From: Tubiluchus corallicola
Taxonomy: Eukaryota > Animalia > Priapulida
Direction: 5' to 3'
Assembly (NCBI GenBank): GCA_030141605.1
Contig: JAQGDQ010001355.1
Coordinates: forward strand, 1 to 44,945
DNA length: 44,945 nt
The stretch's first letter is position 1. Every line of letters starts with the position of its first letter. The notes under the pieces are model-generated. The model saw nothing but the letters and a program-made list of their open reading frames with translations. It was not told the origin of the DNA and did no database searches. The translations under genes and the position numbers were made by a program. Positions 12,601 through 34,900 of this stretch are shown one piece after another.

Positions 12601-13495
12601 ACGTGATGGTTTTGACTTACTGTTTAAGACTGGGTTCGATTTTGATTTAATAAAATTAATTGCTAAAATAAAACAAGTTGTGCACAGAGAAAAACAATTT
12701 TACGTGAAATTTTTAAGCTTTTTGTAAGTGGAGAGTTTCCTTGCGCTTTAAAACAGGAAAATCTAATGAGATCAGAATCTTACCTCGTGACGCTATAATG
12801 GGCACAATTGGACTCGCGTCCCGCTTTTCCGAGTATGCTACTTGAAACCAAAAAAATCTTCGAAAGTGTACGTTCGTATGCGTTCACTATGGTGTCATGT
12901 CACTAAAATCTGTGCCACGAGTTTTTTAATAATTATAACTAGGTGTTTTTTTCGCCCATCAAAGTACAATATACTTTGCTCATCCAGAAACAAGACCCAT
13001 ACAGACAACTAGATTACTTCAAAGTCCGCTTTCTCGTCCGTGTCGCTGCTTTCACAATTTCAATATTTGCAAAGAGCTGAATCCTTGCGTGAAACAACTG
13101 TGCTGCACGCTTCTGTTAATTTGCCTCTTGGCCAATCAAAAATCGTTTATAGACAATTATTTAGTGCCATTTGCATACAAGGTAGTACTGAATTTTGGTG
13201 TATTTTAACGTTTGGCTTTTACAGATCTGGAGACGTCGCACACTTAGGCCTATTATTTGTATCCATCTTAGTAAGTATTGTAGATTTAATTTTAAATACT
13301 TTTGTTTGCCGGCCAGTGTACTTGTAATCTATCTGAGCAATAAACGAAGTTGAATTGAATTATATATATATATTTTTGTTTTTCGTCCAAAATTTGACTG
13401 TGTGGTCCTAAGCATACAATGCGTCTTCTTCTACTACATTTACTTAATAGCCACCAAGTATCCACTAAAGGTGGTCCACGTAACCAAGGCAGCAA

Positions 13496-13985
<490 letters not shown>

Positions 13986-14059
13986 AAAAAAAATTGAGAA
14001 ATAATATTATTCGTTCAAAAAAACTCATAAGAAACCAAATTTGTATATAAAAACGTGCC

Positions 14060-14290
14060 AGGAAGATTAAACGCAGAAGGCTTAAATGGGCGGATCATGC
14101 TTTGAAGTTACCAGAAGATAGTCCGCTTCCTAAAGCTTTCCATGAATCAATTCTACTACCAAAAAGATAAGAGACCATGTACAGATTACGTACATGGGTG
14201 AATTTGCTTCAAAAATATCTCAATGGATCCCCTTAAACTCGGAAAGATACTTCATCTTGGAGAAGAGCCAAGGAACGAAGCAGCAGAAGG
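14060..14290 (+). mobile_element. RTE-like LINE ORF C-terminal remnant
   Basis: KIKRRRLKWADHALKLPEDSP..., later RTWV, resembles the RRLRW(A/F)GH...RGRP..TW end of RTE-clade ORFs; contains a stop and a frameshift. Confidence 0.65.
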
Positions 14291-14527
14291 TTAACAATAT
14301 TATGTCTTTCCACGAATGAAATCAATACAATGGAATGATGATTATGGTGTCACAAGCAAATAATAAATAATTCTCAGAAATGGAGAAAATGAAACAATGT
14401 GTTCTATCTCTTGAAACAATGCAAGTTAGCGCATTTGTATCTGTCTTTGGTTACTCATTCTAATTACTTTAATCAAAGTGTCTCAGGTAGCTACTGCAGT
14501 TTAATGTTGTTTAAATGAGACGCAAAG

Positions 14528-24099
<9,572 letters not shown>

Positions 24100-24172
24100 A
24101 AATTTAGCTATTATTACCTGAAACATTTGTTTTGCTAACTTTGTGTATGTTTGTCTGTATTTGCAGTGGCGA

Positions 24173-24178
24173 AATAAA
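24173..24178 (+). promoter_or_regulatory. Candidate polyadenylation signal of gene A
   Basis: AATAAA about 75 nt after the stop codon; weak evidence in AT-rich DNA. Confidence 0.35.
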
Positions 24179-24250
24179 TACCTAGCAGCAAATAAGCACG
24201 TCTTAATATCTAAACTTTACTCTTTTTACTTCTAAAAATGGCCCATACTA

Positions 24251-24825
24251 CAGGGTGCATAAGATTATGGATATGTATAAAATAAATAAAATAGCTTATT
24301 TTATGGATTTTTGGAAATTTTATTTTATGGATATCAATAAAATAAGAAATAGACTATATCTGGAACGAGATGCCCAGGGGGAAATCATTTAAAAAGTAAA
24401 AACCGGAGTGCTTGAAACGTGTTTTTAAACACGCAGAACTTAGTTTTAATTTTATATCATATCATACCACTTTAACTTTAATCAAATTTTACGAGACAAT
24501 GGCTGGATCTCTCTCAGTTATTTTCAGACCGAACTCCAGCTCCTGCTTTGGTTGAAACTTCGCCATCTTGATAACAAAAAAAAAAAAAAACAATGTAAAA
24601 TAGCAAATCCGGAAATGCGCTTTTGTTGGTTTGTTTTCTTTCTCTTTCTCTCCTTCTAACGTTCGTTTTCAGTGTTGCCAATGCTTACAACTCGTTACTT
24701 TGTACAAAAAATCACAAAAAAAATATTTTTTTATTTTATGCATTTCTTATTTTATGGATTTTTCAAATTTTATTTTATAGATTTTTGGTCTTATTTTATG
24801 GATATCCATAATCTTATGCAGCCTG
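24251..24825 (-). mobile_element. hAT-type MITE copy 1
   Basis: 24-bp TIR CAGG(G/C)TGCATAAGATTATGGATAT; near-perfect TSD CCCATAC(T)A / CCCATACA. Confidence 0.9.
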
Positions 24826-25169
24826 CCCATACACCACATCTCATTTTTATGTATTTATTGTATGTACATGTGTACTGATGGCGTGATTGACTAGTTTCTT
24901 GGCTAAAGTGATTGGCTGCTACTTTCGATACGTAAAACAAAAAGTTATGAAGTTAAAATTTGCTATGTAATGTGCATAAGTATATTAAGAACAACAGGGC
25001 GAACTTTGGAAATCAATTAATAAATCATTTGTTGTGAATTTTGTACAAAAGAAAAAAGAAAAAGAAGAAGTCTGTGACGGTTCAGTGAACTCATGCTAGC
25101 CTATGTGTCCAGATCAGTAAGTACCATGTATAAACATTACACATATAGTAGGCCTTTGCTGTAGACGGC

Positions 25170-25515
25170 AAAACAGAATAGCAGAAAAACAAACTAATGT
25201 GAATCAGTTCAAGACATATATCAGAAAAAAAACAATTAATGTCAAGCAGCTCAAGACAGAATAGCGGAAAAAACCTAATTAATGTCAAACAGTTCAAGAC
25301 AGAATGGCAGAAAAAACACAATGAATGTCAAGCAGTTCAAGACAGTGTAGCAGAAAAACAATACTAATGTCAAACAGTTCAAGACAGAATAGCAGAAAAA
25401 ACAATATTAATGTCAAACAGTTCAAGACAGAATAGCAGAAAAAACAATATTAATGTCAAAAAGTTCAAGACAGAATAACAGGAAAAAAACGAATTAATGA
25501 CAATCAGTTCAAAGG
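25170..25515. repeat. About 43-bp minisatellite, about 8 copies
   Basis: AATGTCAAACAGTTCAAGACAGAATAGCAGAAAAAACAATATT units. Confidence 0.9.
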
Positions 25516-26843
25516 ATATGCAAGCTTTTTTACTATGGTAAATTAAATTGAAAAATAATATTTGAATAATGGTGTAAATTGGCTTGCTAATGCAGATAGT
25601 TTATCGGGGGAGTTTTACAGAGAATCTCGAGCAAACACTTGCAGTTGTGCTCGTAAAACTGTAATGTAGTAAGAAAATCAAGTATTACAATTTTTGTAAA
25701 TAATTTCACTAGAAAATTAGCAAAGAATAAGCATAATTTGTGTAAATTAATAGTTAACACAGCAGTTTAACCCTTTCCCCTGCACTGATCTTGTTTGGCA
25801 GGGAAAAACGACTAAATACTATACCTTCTGCAATAACCTCTGCACGATAAATCCTGCTTATCTGCCATTTTTCATCACCGCCAAAAAACGCGCAATTTCT
25901 CCTTTCGCGCAATTCTGAACTTAAAATGATGATAAATACTATTCATAGGCTGCAACGACGTAAGACTGAAAATTACGTGATAATTACAATAACCAAATTC
26001 TGAAAAAATATGGCAAGTCTTTTGCCAGATGCTAAAAAAGTTTCAAATTAAAACTAAATTTCACAAATAACTGAACTCCTTCTTGTTATTAGATGACGTC
26101 ATATCTATTCTGTGCTAGATAGCGTCATCTCTCGAAAATATTTCAAACTCGTACTAGTTCTGACATCTAACATGTGTACTGTGGCCGGTTCGAATTACAG
26201 TAAACACAACGAATTCGTGCTCCTGTTAACTGTGTTAAGAAACGATGTCTTACTTCATGGTGAGCGACCATGAACTCCCCATCTCTTTCCATCTGGGAGC
26301 CTGAATTTTTAATTTATTACACACATCTCAATCAAAATGTTAGGCATGCTAAACATAAATAAATAAAGCGTCTTGCGACATTTGCAAAATGAAACTACTT
26401 TTATTTTTGGTCCGTTAATGTTTCGTCTTATATTTCCATGCAGTCTTATTGTGTTCAGGTGGCTCTGTGTTTCGATGTTTATCAATGTTCATTTGAATGG
26501 TTTACTGGGGCATGTCAGTGAAATGTTCAGCACAATGAATGCCAAGCAGGTTCTAAAGCTAGGGGGAGCAATCACATAAAAGAGGTGACGTGACCCATAC
26601 CAAACATTTTTAATGCATCGATTAGGTATTTTGTGCTTAAAATCAAAACACGAAGAAGATACAGCTTTAAAGGCAGTTTACATCGAACATAAGACAGCAA
26701 TGGTGGAGACTATTATTGTAATTTTCATGTCTATCTAAGTTTGTGTGTGATTTGTTTGTATTGTTTTTTTTCTTTTTATGATGTTGTATGTTGTATATAT
26801 GTAAATTGTAATATGAACTTCTGTTTGAAATCAAGGATTAAAT

Positions 26844-26943
<100 letters not shown>

Positions 26944-27371
26944 CAATTATTCTTTGTGAGGTAAATTAATTGTTCTTGTTTATGAGCTTTTCACAGTTCA
27001 ATGATGATGATGACCATGAATAGGCCAAAGGTTAAGTGTAAAGAAACAACGCATTTGTGTACACTTGACCACGCCTATTGTTATATTAACAGCTTTAACT
27101 TGTTTTAACAGCTAGTCAGAACCTTGCCTAGTTCATTTTTTCTTGTTCCCAAGCAAGATCATGATAATAAATCTCTCTGCGCACAGGTTAATGCATAGTT
27201 AAGTAAGTCCCGGCAAAACAACTGAAGTTACTAAATTGATGCGCCAGACCGCTTTTTTTATCCACATGTCATATGACTGTTGTAGTTAAGCGTGTTGCTG
27301 TGGTACACCAAACGTTTGACTTACACCAACTGCGCGTGAGCACAATTTTTAGCAATTTTTATTGCTATAAA

Positions 27372-27961
27372 CAGGCTGCATAAGATTATGGATATCCATA
27401 AAATAAGACCAAAAATCCATAAAATAAAATTTGAAAAATCCATAAAATAAGAAATGCATAAAATAAAAAAATATTTTTTTGTGATTTTTTGTACAAAGTA
27501 ACGAGTTGTAAGCATTGCCAACACTGAAAACGAACGTTAGAAGGAGAGAAAGAGAAAGAAAACAAACCGAAACCATTTCCGGATTTGCTATTTTACAGTT
27601 TTTTTCTCATTGTCTTTTTGTTATCAAGATGGCGCAGTTTCAACCAAAGCATGAGCTGGAGTTCGGTCTGAAAATAACTGAGAGAGACCCAGCTATTGTC
27701 TCGTAAAATTTGATTAAATTTGAAGTGATATGAAACCGATAAAATTAAAACGAAACCGATAAAATTAAAACTAAGTCCTGCGTGTTTAAAAACACGTTTA
27801 AAGCACTCCTGTTTTTACTTTTTAATTGATTTCCCCTGGGCATCTCGTTCCAGATATAGTCTATTTTTTATTTTATTGATATCCATAAAATAAAATTTCA
27901 AAAATCCATAAAATAAGCTATTTTATTTATTTTATACATATCCATAATCTTATGCACCCTG
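27372..27961 (+). mobile_element. hAT-type MITE copy 2 (inverted relative to copy 1)
   Basis: Same TIRs; perfect 8-bp TSD GCTATAAA (27364-27371 / 27962-27969). Confidence 0.93.
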
Positions 27962-28296
27962 GCTATAAACCAAAATGTTCTCAAATGCCTGTTCGACGCC
28001 TCAGAAGAAACAATGCAGATTGAAACAATGCAATTGCATTTAATTACGATCCTAGTTTTTTCAAAGTATTTCTAATTCAGATAAAGGTGATCGGATGGAC
28101 TGAATATTATTCATTAACAAAGAATATTAGTGGAAATACGTGGAAATAAAGAAGCTGCAAATACCTGTGTAAATTACAATATGCTTACGCCCAATTTAAC
28201 CCTCAATTTATGCTTTAAAACCTCCGTAAACCGATTCTTGTAAAGATTCAGAAGAAAGTTTTATCTGGTAACGTTTTTTCTGTGGGAAACAACAAA

Positions 28297-28537
28297 TGTA
28301 TTTCTGTTATAGTTGTAATTATATATAGATCTAGACAGATCTAATTGCGTTTAATATACATTTCTGGTTCTACTTGTAATTATATATAGATCTAGACAGA
28401 TTTAATTGCGTTTAATATGTATTTCTGGTTCTACTTGTAATTATATATAGATCTAAACAGATCTAATTCTGTTTAATATGTATTTCTGGTTCTACTTGTA
28501 AGTATGTATAGATCTGAACAGATCTAATTCTGTTTAA
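28297..28537. repeat. 61-bp tandem repeat, about 4 copies, just 3' of the gene B stop
   Basis: TACTTGTAATTATATATAGATCTAGACAGA.. at 28371, 28432, 28493. Confidence 0.9.
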
Positions 28538-28734
28538 GTGATTTAGTCGCGTGGCTGCACAGACGGAACAATATATTGGTGCAAGAAGGAAGAAAATAAA
28601 AAGAGAAAGCAGCATTTTTTGCTAATAAAAACAAATCTACAATAATCTATTTTGCACCAGCTAATAATTAATGTAAAGAAAGAATACGTTAGACAGGTAG
28701 ACAGAATGAGTCGGATCAAGTTAGAGAGTAATAG

Positions 28735-28985
28735 TCAGAAGTTCTTTGATAGCAATAATTCCAAACACAAACAGAAAAACAAATTGTAATTGAATTGAAT
28801 TTGCATGGCAGCATCGTATACAGATGCAGGAAGTTTGTTGGCGGGATTGCTAGGGTCACAGAATTCAGATAACGTCATTTCGTGTTCATCGTGAGGGTAC
28901 GGCGGTACATGGCAATCAAATGTAGAAGCCACCCACCAATCAGCCTTCAGCCACCTCATACTGCAGTTGCAATAAAGGGGGCTTC
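28735..28985 (-). CDS. Gene B exon 5: terminal LRRCT + GPI-signal-like tail
   Basis: Acceptor TTTCAG|; (G)SPLYCNCSMRWLK...EFCDPSNPAN...DAA...LFFCLCLELLLSKNF*. Confidence 0.85.
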
Positions 28986-31900
28986 CTGAAAAACAAAAAC
29001 GAGAAGTTTCAAAGTGTTGTTGATAAAAGATTGAACCTCAATGTGTTTTTTAATACAAACCGTTTTTCTTTTTCTATTAAGATTTCAGGAAAGTTAAAGC
29101 AAAACCGGATTCAATGTTAAACTGTAGGTCAAAGCCTATACCTTTAGTATAAAATATTGAAAGGAAACATACTATTTTTTTGAAAAATGACTTACGTAAA
29201 ACAATTATTACTACACAAACAATATTTCACGTTCATGCCACTATTTTTTCGCTGTCACTTTACATGCGTTGGTTAAAGGGGCTGCATTTCGGAAATGCAT
29301 TGCACAAAAATGTCCCTCTCAGTTCAGTTGTGTTAGTTTGTGACGAACTGTACGCGTTCGACAGCTCATGCGTGAGTACGTATTTGTGGCAAATTTGAAA
29401 ATTAAATTTTTATTTTAAAACTTCCTAATTTTAAATCGCTGAATAGCTTATAGTAGCATCGTACTTCAATTTTCGCTTTCGCAAACAATAGCAAAGCACT
29501 CATGGAATATTTTGATGCTAAAAATTGTTAGTTTGTGATGTCATCACTAGTTGGGCTCACCTGCTGTTAGTTAAGGATTTAAGATATTATTGTATTATCA
29601 GAAATGCTTTTGCAGTATTATTGGTGTTAAAATGTAGCGTTCTTGAAAATGGGATAGTATACGCAAAATCATCCTGTTAACCCTTTCAATCCCAAATTAT
29701 TTTTTTAATAAGAAAAACTTTTTTTAAAAACACAACAAAAGCAAAAAAATGTGCTTCATTTTGCAACTGCTGATAATTTTTTAAAGTATTTAAGACATTT
29801 AGTATGCATGTAATGCTGATCTGTACAAAGTCATCTCTAAAGTACTGTACCTTGTGCAGTTTTTTATGCTATGTAGATTTTCTAGTTTGCCATTTTATCA
29901 CCATTTTTAGTCTATTGTTATTGGCTTAAATCAAAATAACTATTAACAGATCAAATAACTGTCAGTTTTAAAATTTCATTAATTTTAAAGGCAGAAAATA
30001 TTCTCGTATCCCACGGGATACAACGGGTATGAAAGGGTTAAAGACGTGCCACAGAACGCACATTTTCCTTAATTGCTTTCATCTGCCTATAGCAATGTGA
30101 AAATTGAACAGAACATTGTCTTTAATCCTGCCATGATTAGCAAAAGCCAAGAGTAGCGGAGTTTCTTTTTTTCATTTGAACTCTCTACCATCTCTGTGTA
30201 CGTTATGAAAGCATTTGGGTTCATGGAAATGGTAAAAATTTTGATCCATATAAAACAAAAGAGGGTCTTGTAAAAATTTACTGGGAAAGGGGCACATGTG
30301 CCTTAGATGTAGCAGTAAGAACGGGCTTGTCCAAGTGAAAAAAATCTAGTCAAAAAAATTTCAATATTCTAGCAAGTCATTAATACAGACTAAAGTGGGC
30401 CCTTGCGGAACACCTCATTTAGGAAATTCCACCTCACTAAAAACGTCCATTGAAAGTGGTGCGTATTTGCTATTCTTCGGACAACGATAAACTAATTATT
30501 GTCGAAGATTTTAAACATAAACTCACCTGTTAGTAGCAAATTTCACCTCAGTAAAAATAGCCACTGATGATAGTGCGTGTTTGCTATTATTCGGATAAGA
30601 ATAAGCCAGTTATTGTCGAAAATTATAAACATACAACTCACCTGTTAGCTCTATTAACATATCCGATGGATGTCTTTCACGATGAAGTTTTGGCTTCCTC
30701 ATGTACTTGATGTTAGTCCTGGTAAAGATGATTGTCCCGATGACGAAATTTATCGAAAGATCCAAGTCGGCATTCACAAGTTGCAAACAGTTACTGATGA
30801 TTATTTGCCTCACGAAATTCATTTGATCGAACGCCTTTGGATGAATTCTCTTTAAATTGTTGTTATAAGAAATTGTGATGCTATGCCAGACCGAAGCATA
30901 TATTGCATTTTCTCCAAGCTCTTCTATGTCAGACTTCGTGATGGTTAAGTCATTTATGTCTTTTCTTCTGAGAAACAAATCGGGCAATTGTGCTTCCTTG
31001 TAGTGAGAAATTATTAGCTTTCGAAGATAGCATGGAAAAGTTTTCCAGATTTGTTTCAGTTTTGCAGAGAACAATTGCTGTCCCACATCGCCACATACAA
31101 CATTGCATAGGCCAATTGGCGCCACCTGGTGCGAATACCAGTACGTGCATTCTTTGAAGCGCACATCACAGGCATAAATTTTTGCTGGTGTTGTGACCGG
31201 CTGCGCTGTAGTAGTAGTTGTTATGTTCTCCATACAATGTGAGACGCTTTTTGCTGAAAAAGGCACTTCGGGACATTTCCTTAAGCAAGGTTTGCATTTA
31301 ACTCTAGCCTCCTTCCAATATTTCGATTGTGCCCATTTCAGAGGACAACCACATGAAATTTCGTTGCCTGTAACGAAATATGACATTAAACAAAATGTGG
31401 TATGTTGACAGACATGAACTTGTAGCATTGTTTGATTGTATAAGTTAGACCACGAAGTAGCAATATGGGACTTTTTACAATATTTCAGGCAACAAACAAT
31501 ATAAGGTTTATATGAAGAATTTGTTAAGAACTACAAAACGTTGTCTTCAGAAACAGCCTGAACTGCTGCAAAGCAAAATATAAATTATTTAACTAATACA
31601 GACTTTATTATTTAACTATTTAGCTAATTATTTAACTAACACAGTTTTAACACAGTCAAAAATGTCTGTAGTTGCAAATAGAACATACCTAATCACCCCC
31701 AACTTAAGACTATTTGTTAAATCTTAGTAACGTATATATCGTCCATAATTTAAGATGTTTTTCTCAGTTAATCAGACAGACTAGTGCACAAGTTATCGGT
31801 GTACTGTATCCAAAAACAGATGCGTGCTGGCGAGAAGTTTTACGAAAAAGCGTTGTTGCTAGTTGCTATTGACTTAATTTCTGCTACTCTTTTTCACACA

Positions 31901-34900
31901 ACATTTCCAGAAAATATTTGGACAAATTTGGAAACATTTGGAAAAATCGGATCAATTTTAGTTGTCGGAATGTTCTAAACGTTAGCTTTCTAAACGTTTC
32001 TAAGCGTGTTTAAAAATTTCCAAGCGTTACTTATGGCATAGTATTAAAAAATATTTCTTATAGCAAGATATTTATGCAAATTTAATCGTCATTTGCAATG
32101 TGAACTTCAAGCGTCTGCTGTGTTGACCTTCAGTCAAAATACCCAGGAGTGAATTAACTCCTTCATAACCGTAAGAGTTTGCTGCATTTTGCATGGTTCA
32201 TGAAAAACAGATCTCATTAAGCACAAATACATTATATTTATTCATTTTTGTAGATTTCTACTCATCACACAATGGACTTTCATTCAAAATTATGCATAAA
32301 ATACGTTTGCTTAGGTGAGTGTGGGTGCTTGCTTATATTAAAATTTTTTTTACCAATACATTGAGAAAGCTTTCCGTAACTGCATTGTTTGCACTGTAAC
32401 AATGCACAGTATCACTTGTGTGCAATCGGCTAATACAGCAAATTTCAACTATCCAGACACAACACTTTCCTATACTTTAACCTCATGTCTACTCTACATT
32501 TAAGGAGAAATTCCTTTCAAAAAATGAATCAACATTAATTTGTCCTTAAGCAAACAGGCGATCAATAAATTAATGTGTACGATCACGCAACTGTGCACCA
32601 GTCTAAGTTACTCAATTTATCAAATTAGATCACTCATAAATGTTTGGATAGCCGATACTCTCCTGAATAAAGCAGTACCTAATTTGCAATCATTTAGTTA
32701 TGTCTGTACTCACGCAGAAGCAGAAAAGTCATAGATTCTTAGAAGACCTACTTAGAATGGTGCGGACCCGAAGAAGTTAAGGGCCTCACGGGCTAAGGTT
32801 ATCAACAAACGAAGGACCTGAACGTATTGGCTACATATCAAATTGTACTATAGGTTTTACATGTCAAATGTAGACGTGCGTTAACTCAAATGTAGATTGA
32901 GGTGGTTCAAATGTGTTAACAATGGTATTCAACAAATCTTGAGCGCTTTTGGTAAGTCAAATGTAGACACATGTCAAGTGAAATGTGACATTGGTATCTC
33001 AAATGTGGATAGGTGTTAAAGTTTAAGGATGTTAAATTTAAGCTTCTTCAATTTCAATTTAATAATTGCTCATAAGCTAAAATAACAAGTTATAGGCCTA
33101 CAAATAGATGCACTGTAGTTTATCTTTTTCTAATTTGCACTTAAATAACTAGCTAGAATATTTCAGCACAAAACTTTACTACCTGGACTTAAAATAAAAA
33201 AATATCAGAGCCGTACACAGATCAGATTGCCGTCAATCTGCTTGGAAACTATCAAACTATTGTGGATTCTTCTCAGGCTTTTGCATGACTTGTCCTTATA
33301 ACCTTTGTCCTTACAAATGGAAATAAATTTGTTTGAAATGTCTTTCCACTTAGGTTAACCAAAAGGGACAACAAGAACAATGGTGCACGTGTCTAAATAT
33401 CCCATTCTTCTGTCAGTTGTTGTGTCCAAAACAGGCAGTACCCAACTTGCCCAAGTAGCCAAGCCTACCTTCTCCAAAATAATGTTTTATGGCAAAGTAT
33501 CCTGTATACAGTCACCGTCTATATTGAAAGTGAAATATTTTGTGTGCAGTAAAGGCTCAATCGCTCAACTCTCTTTGGCAATTTAAATTAATCAGTTCAA
33601 ATAATTATGCTATCCTTTATTAAAAAAAATTATCTTTATTTAATTGGTCAACGGTCTCAGGACTCCGACAGCCTATCAATATTTGGGGCATAAAGCTATG
33701 GCCTCATTAGCCTAATAGTTAATCTCTGAATATACCTATGAAGAAAAAAATCATGAAAACACCAAATACCACCTAACCTAAACAAGACCAACAACTGGTT
33801 AAAAACTATACGAAATGATTGTTTTTTTAAGTTGCTCTCTATTTAATCCGTTGGTCTATTTTACTTGATGACTGATGATGAATGAGGGGAATGTTTAAAA
33901 CTTCTGTAATAAGACGTCTGCTTGCCCACACTGGCCCCACAGTGTCATTTGTGTTCCTATCTGAGCTGAGAATTGCTTGTTTGAAAAGTAGTTCTCTCAC
34001 TTTTGAAATGCTTTATTGTGACAGTGTCAAGCATTTAGCATCTAGCACTCAATAGAAAACATATTATATATTTTTCAGAAGAGGTCTTGACAAGCCACTA
34101 GGCAGTTTCCATTTTTTTGTCAGTTTTCTGTTGTGTTTTCAGGGCAGATTTTAGAATTCTACTTGTCCAATATCTATAAGGATGATGATGATAATTCCTT
34201 ACCTTTCAATTCCAGTAAAATCTGCTCAGAAGGTCTCTGTGGATGCAGCTGGGGCATCCTCATGCTCTTTATCCCTGTTCGTTCTATATCAATCAGACTT
34301 ATCTCCAAATTATTGCTCATATCTAGAGCAAGCGCTTTTAGTTTTGGGCAATCGTATATCACAATTTCATTTACGGTATCTATTCGCTCGAAAGCATTTG
34401 AGGAGATTGCAGTTAATTTTCTGTGGCGCTTCAACATCAAGGCATAATTAACAGTTCCATATATAGATGCTTCATGAATCATTTCAATTTCAGAGTCCAC
34501 TATTTCAAGTTCGTCTATAACCTTTCCTTTTAGAAAATATTGTGGTAATTCTTTTTCCTGATAGTTAGCAATAAAAAAATATCGAGTCCAAGTGGGTAGT
34601 GATTGTAAGATTAATGTCAAGTCAGATTGAAAGAGTTTCTCAAAGTAACCGCATACTACAAAGCATCCCTTGCGATCATCAAAAAATTCCACGATAATAC
34701 ACTTTGAAATAGCAAATCCACACACGTCATCTGTACAATTGAGAAAATCTCCAATTTTTATTTCTTTCTCTGTGTGCTTGAAAGGTGGTATATTGCAATC
34801 AATTATTGAGTATTTCCAATTCTTCCTTTTTGTCCACTCCATCTTGCAATCGCAGTACAGTGGATTTTCTAAAATTAGATTTAAAGAGAATTAGAAGAAC

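Noticed and set aside
24140-24235. Alternative terminal mini-exon after TTGCAG at 24166
   Set aside because: Only a weak upstream donor (GTGTCA) and no counterpart seen in gene B; fits a 3' UTR.
25170-25515. CRISPR-like 43-bp repeats
   Set aside because: No spacers; an ordinary minisatellite.
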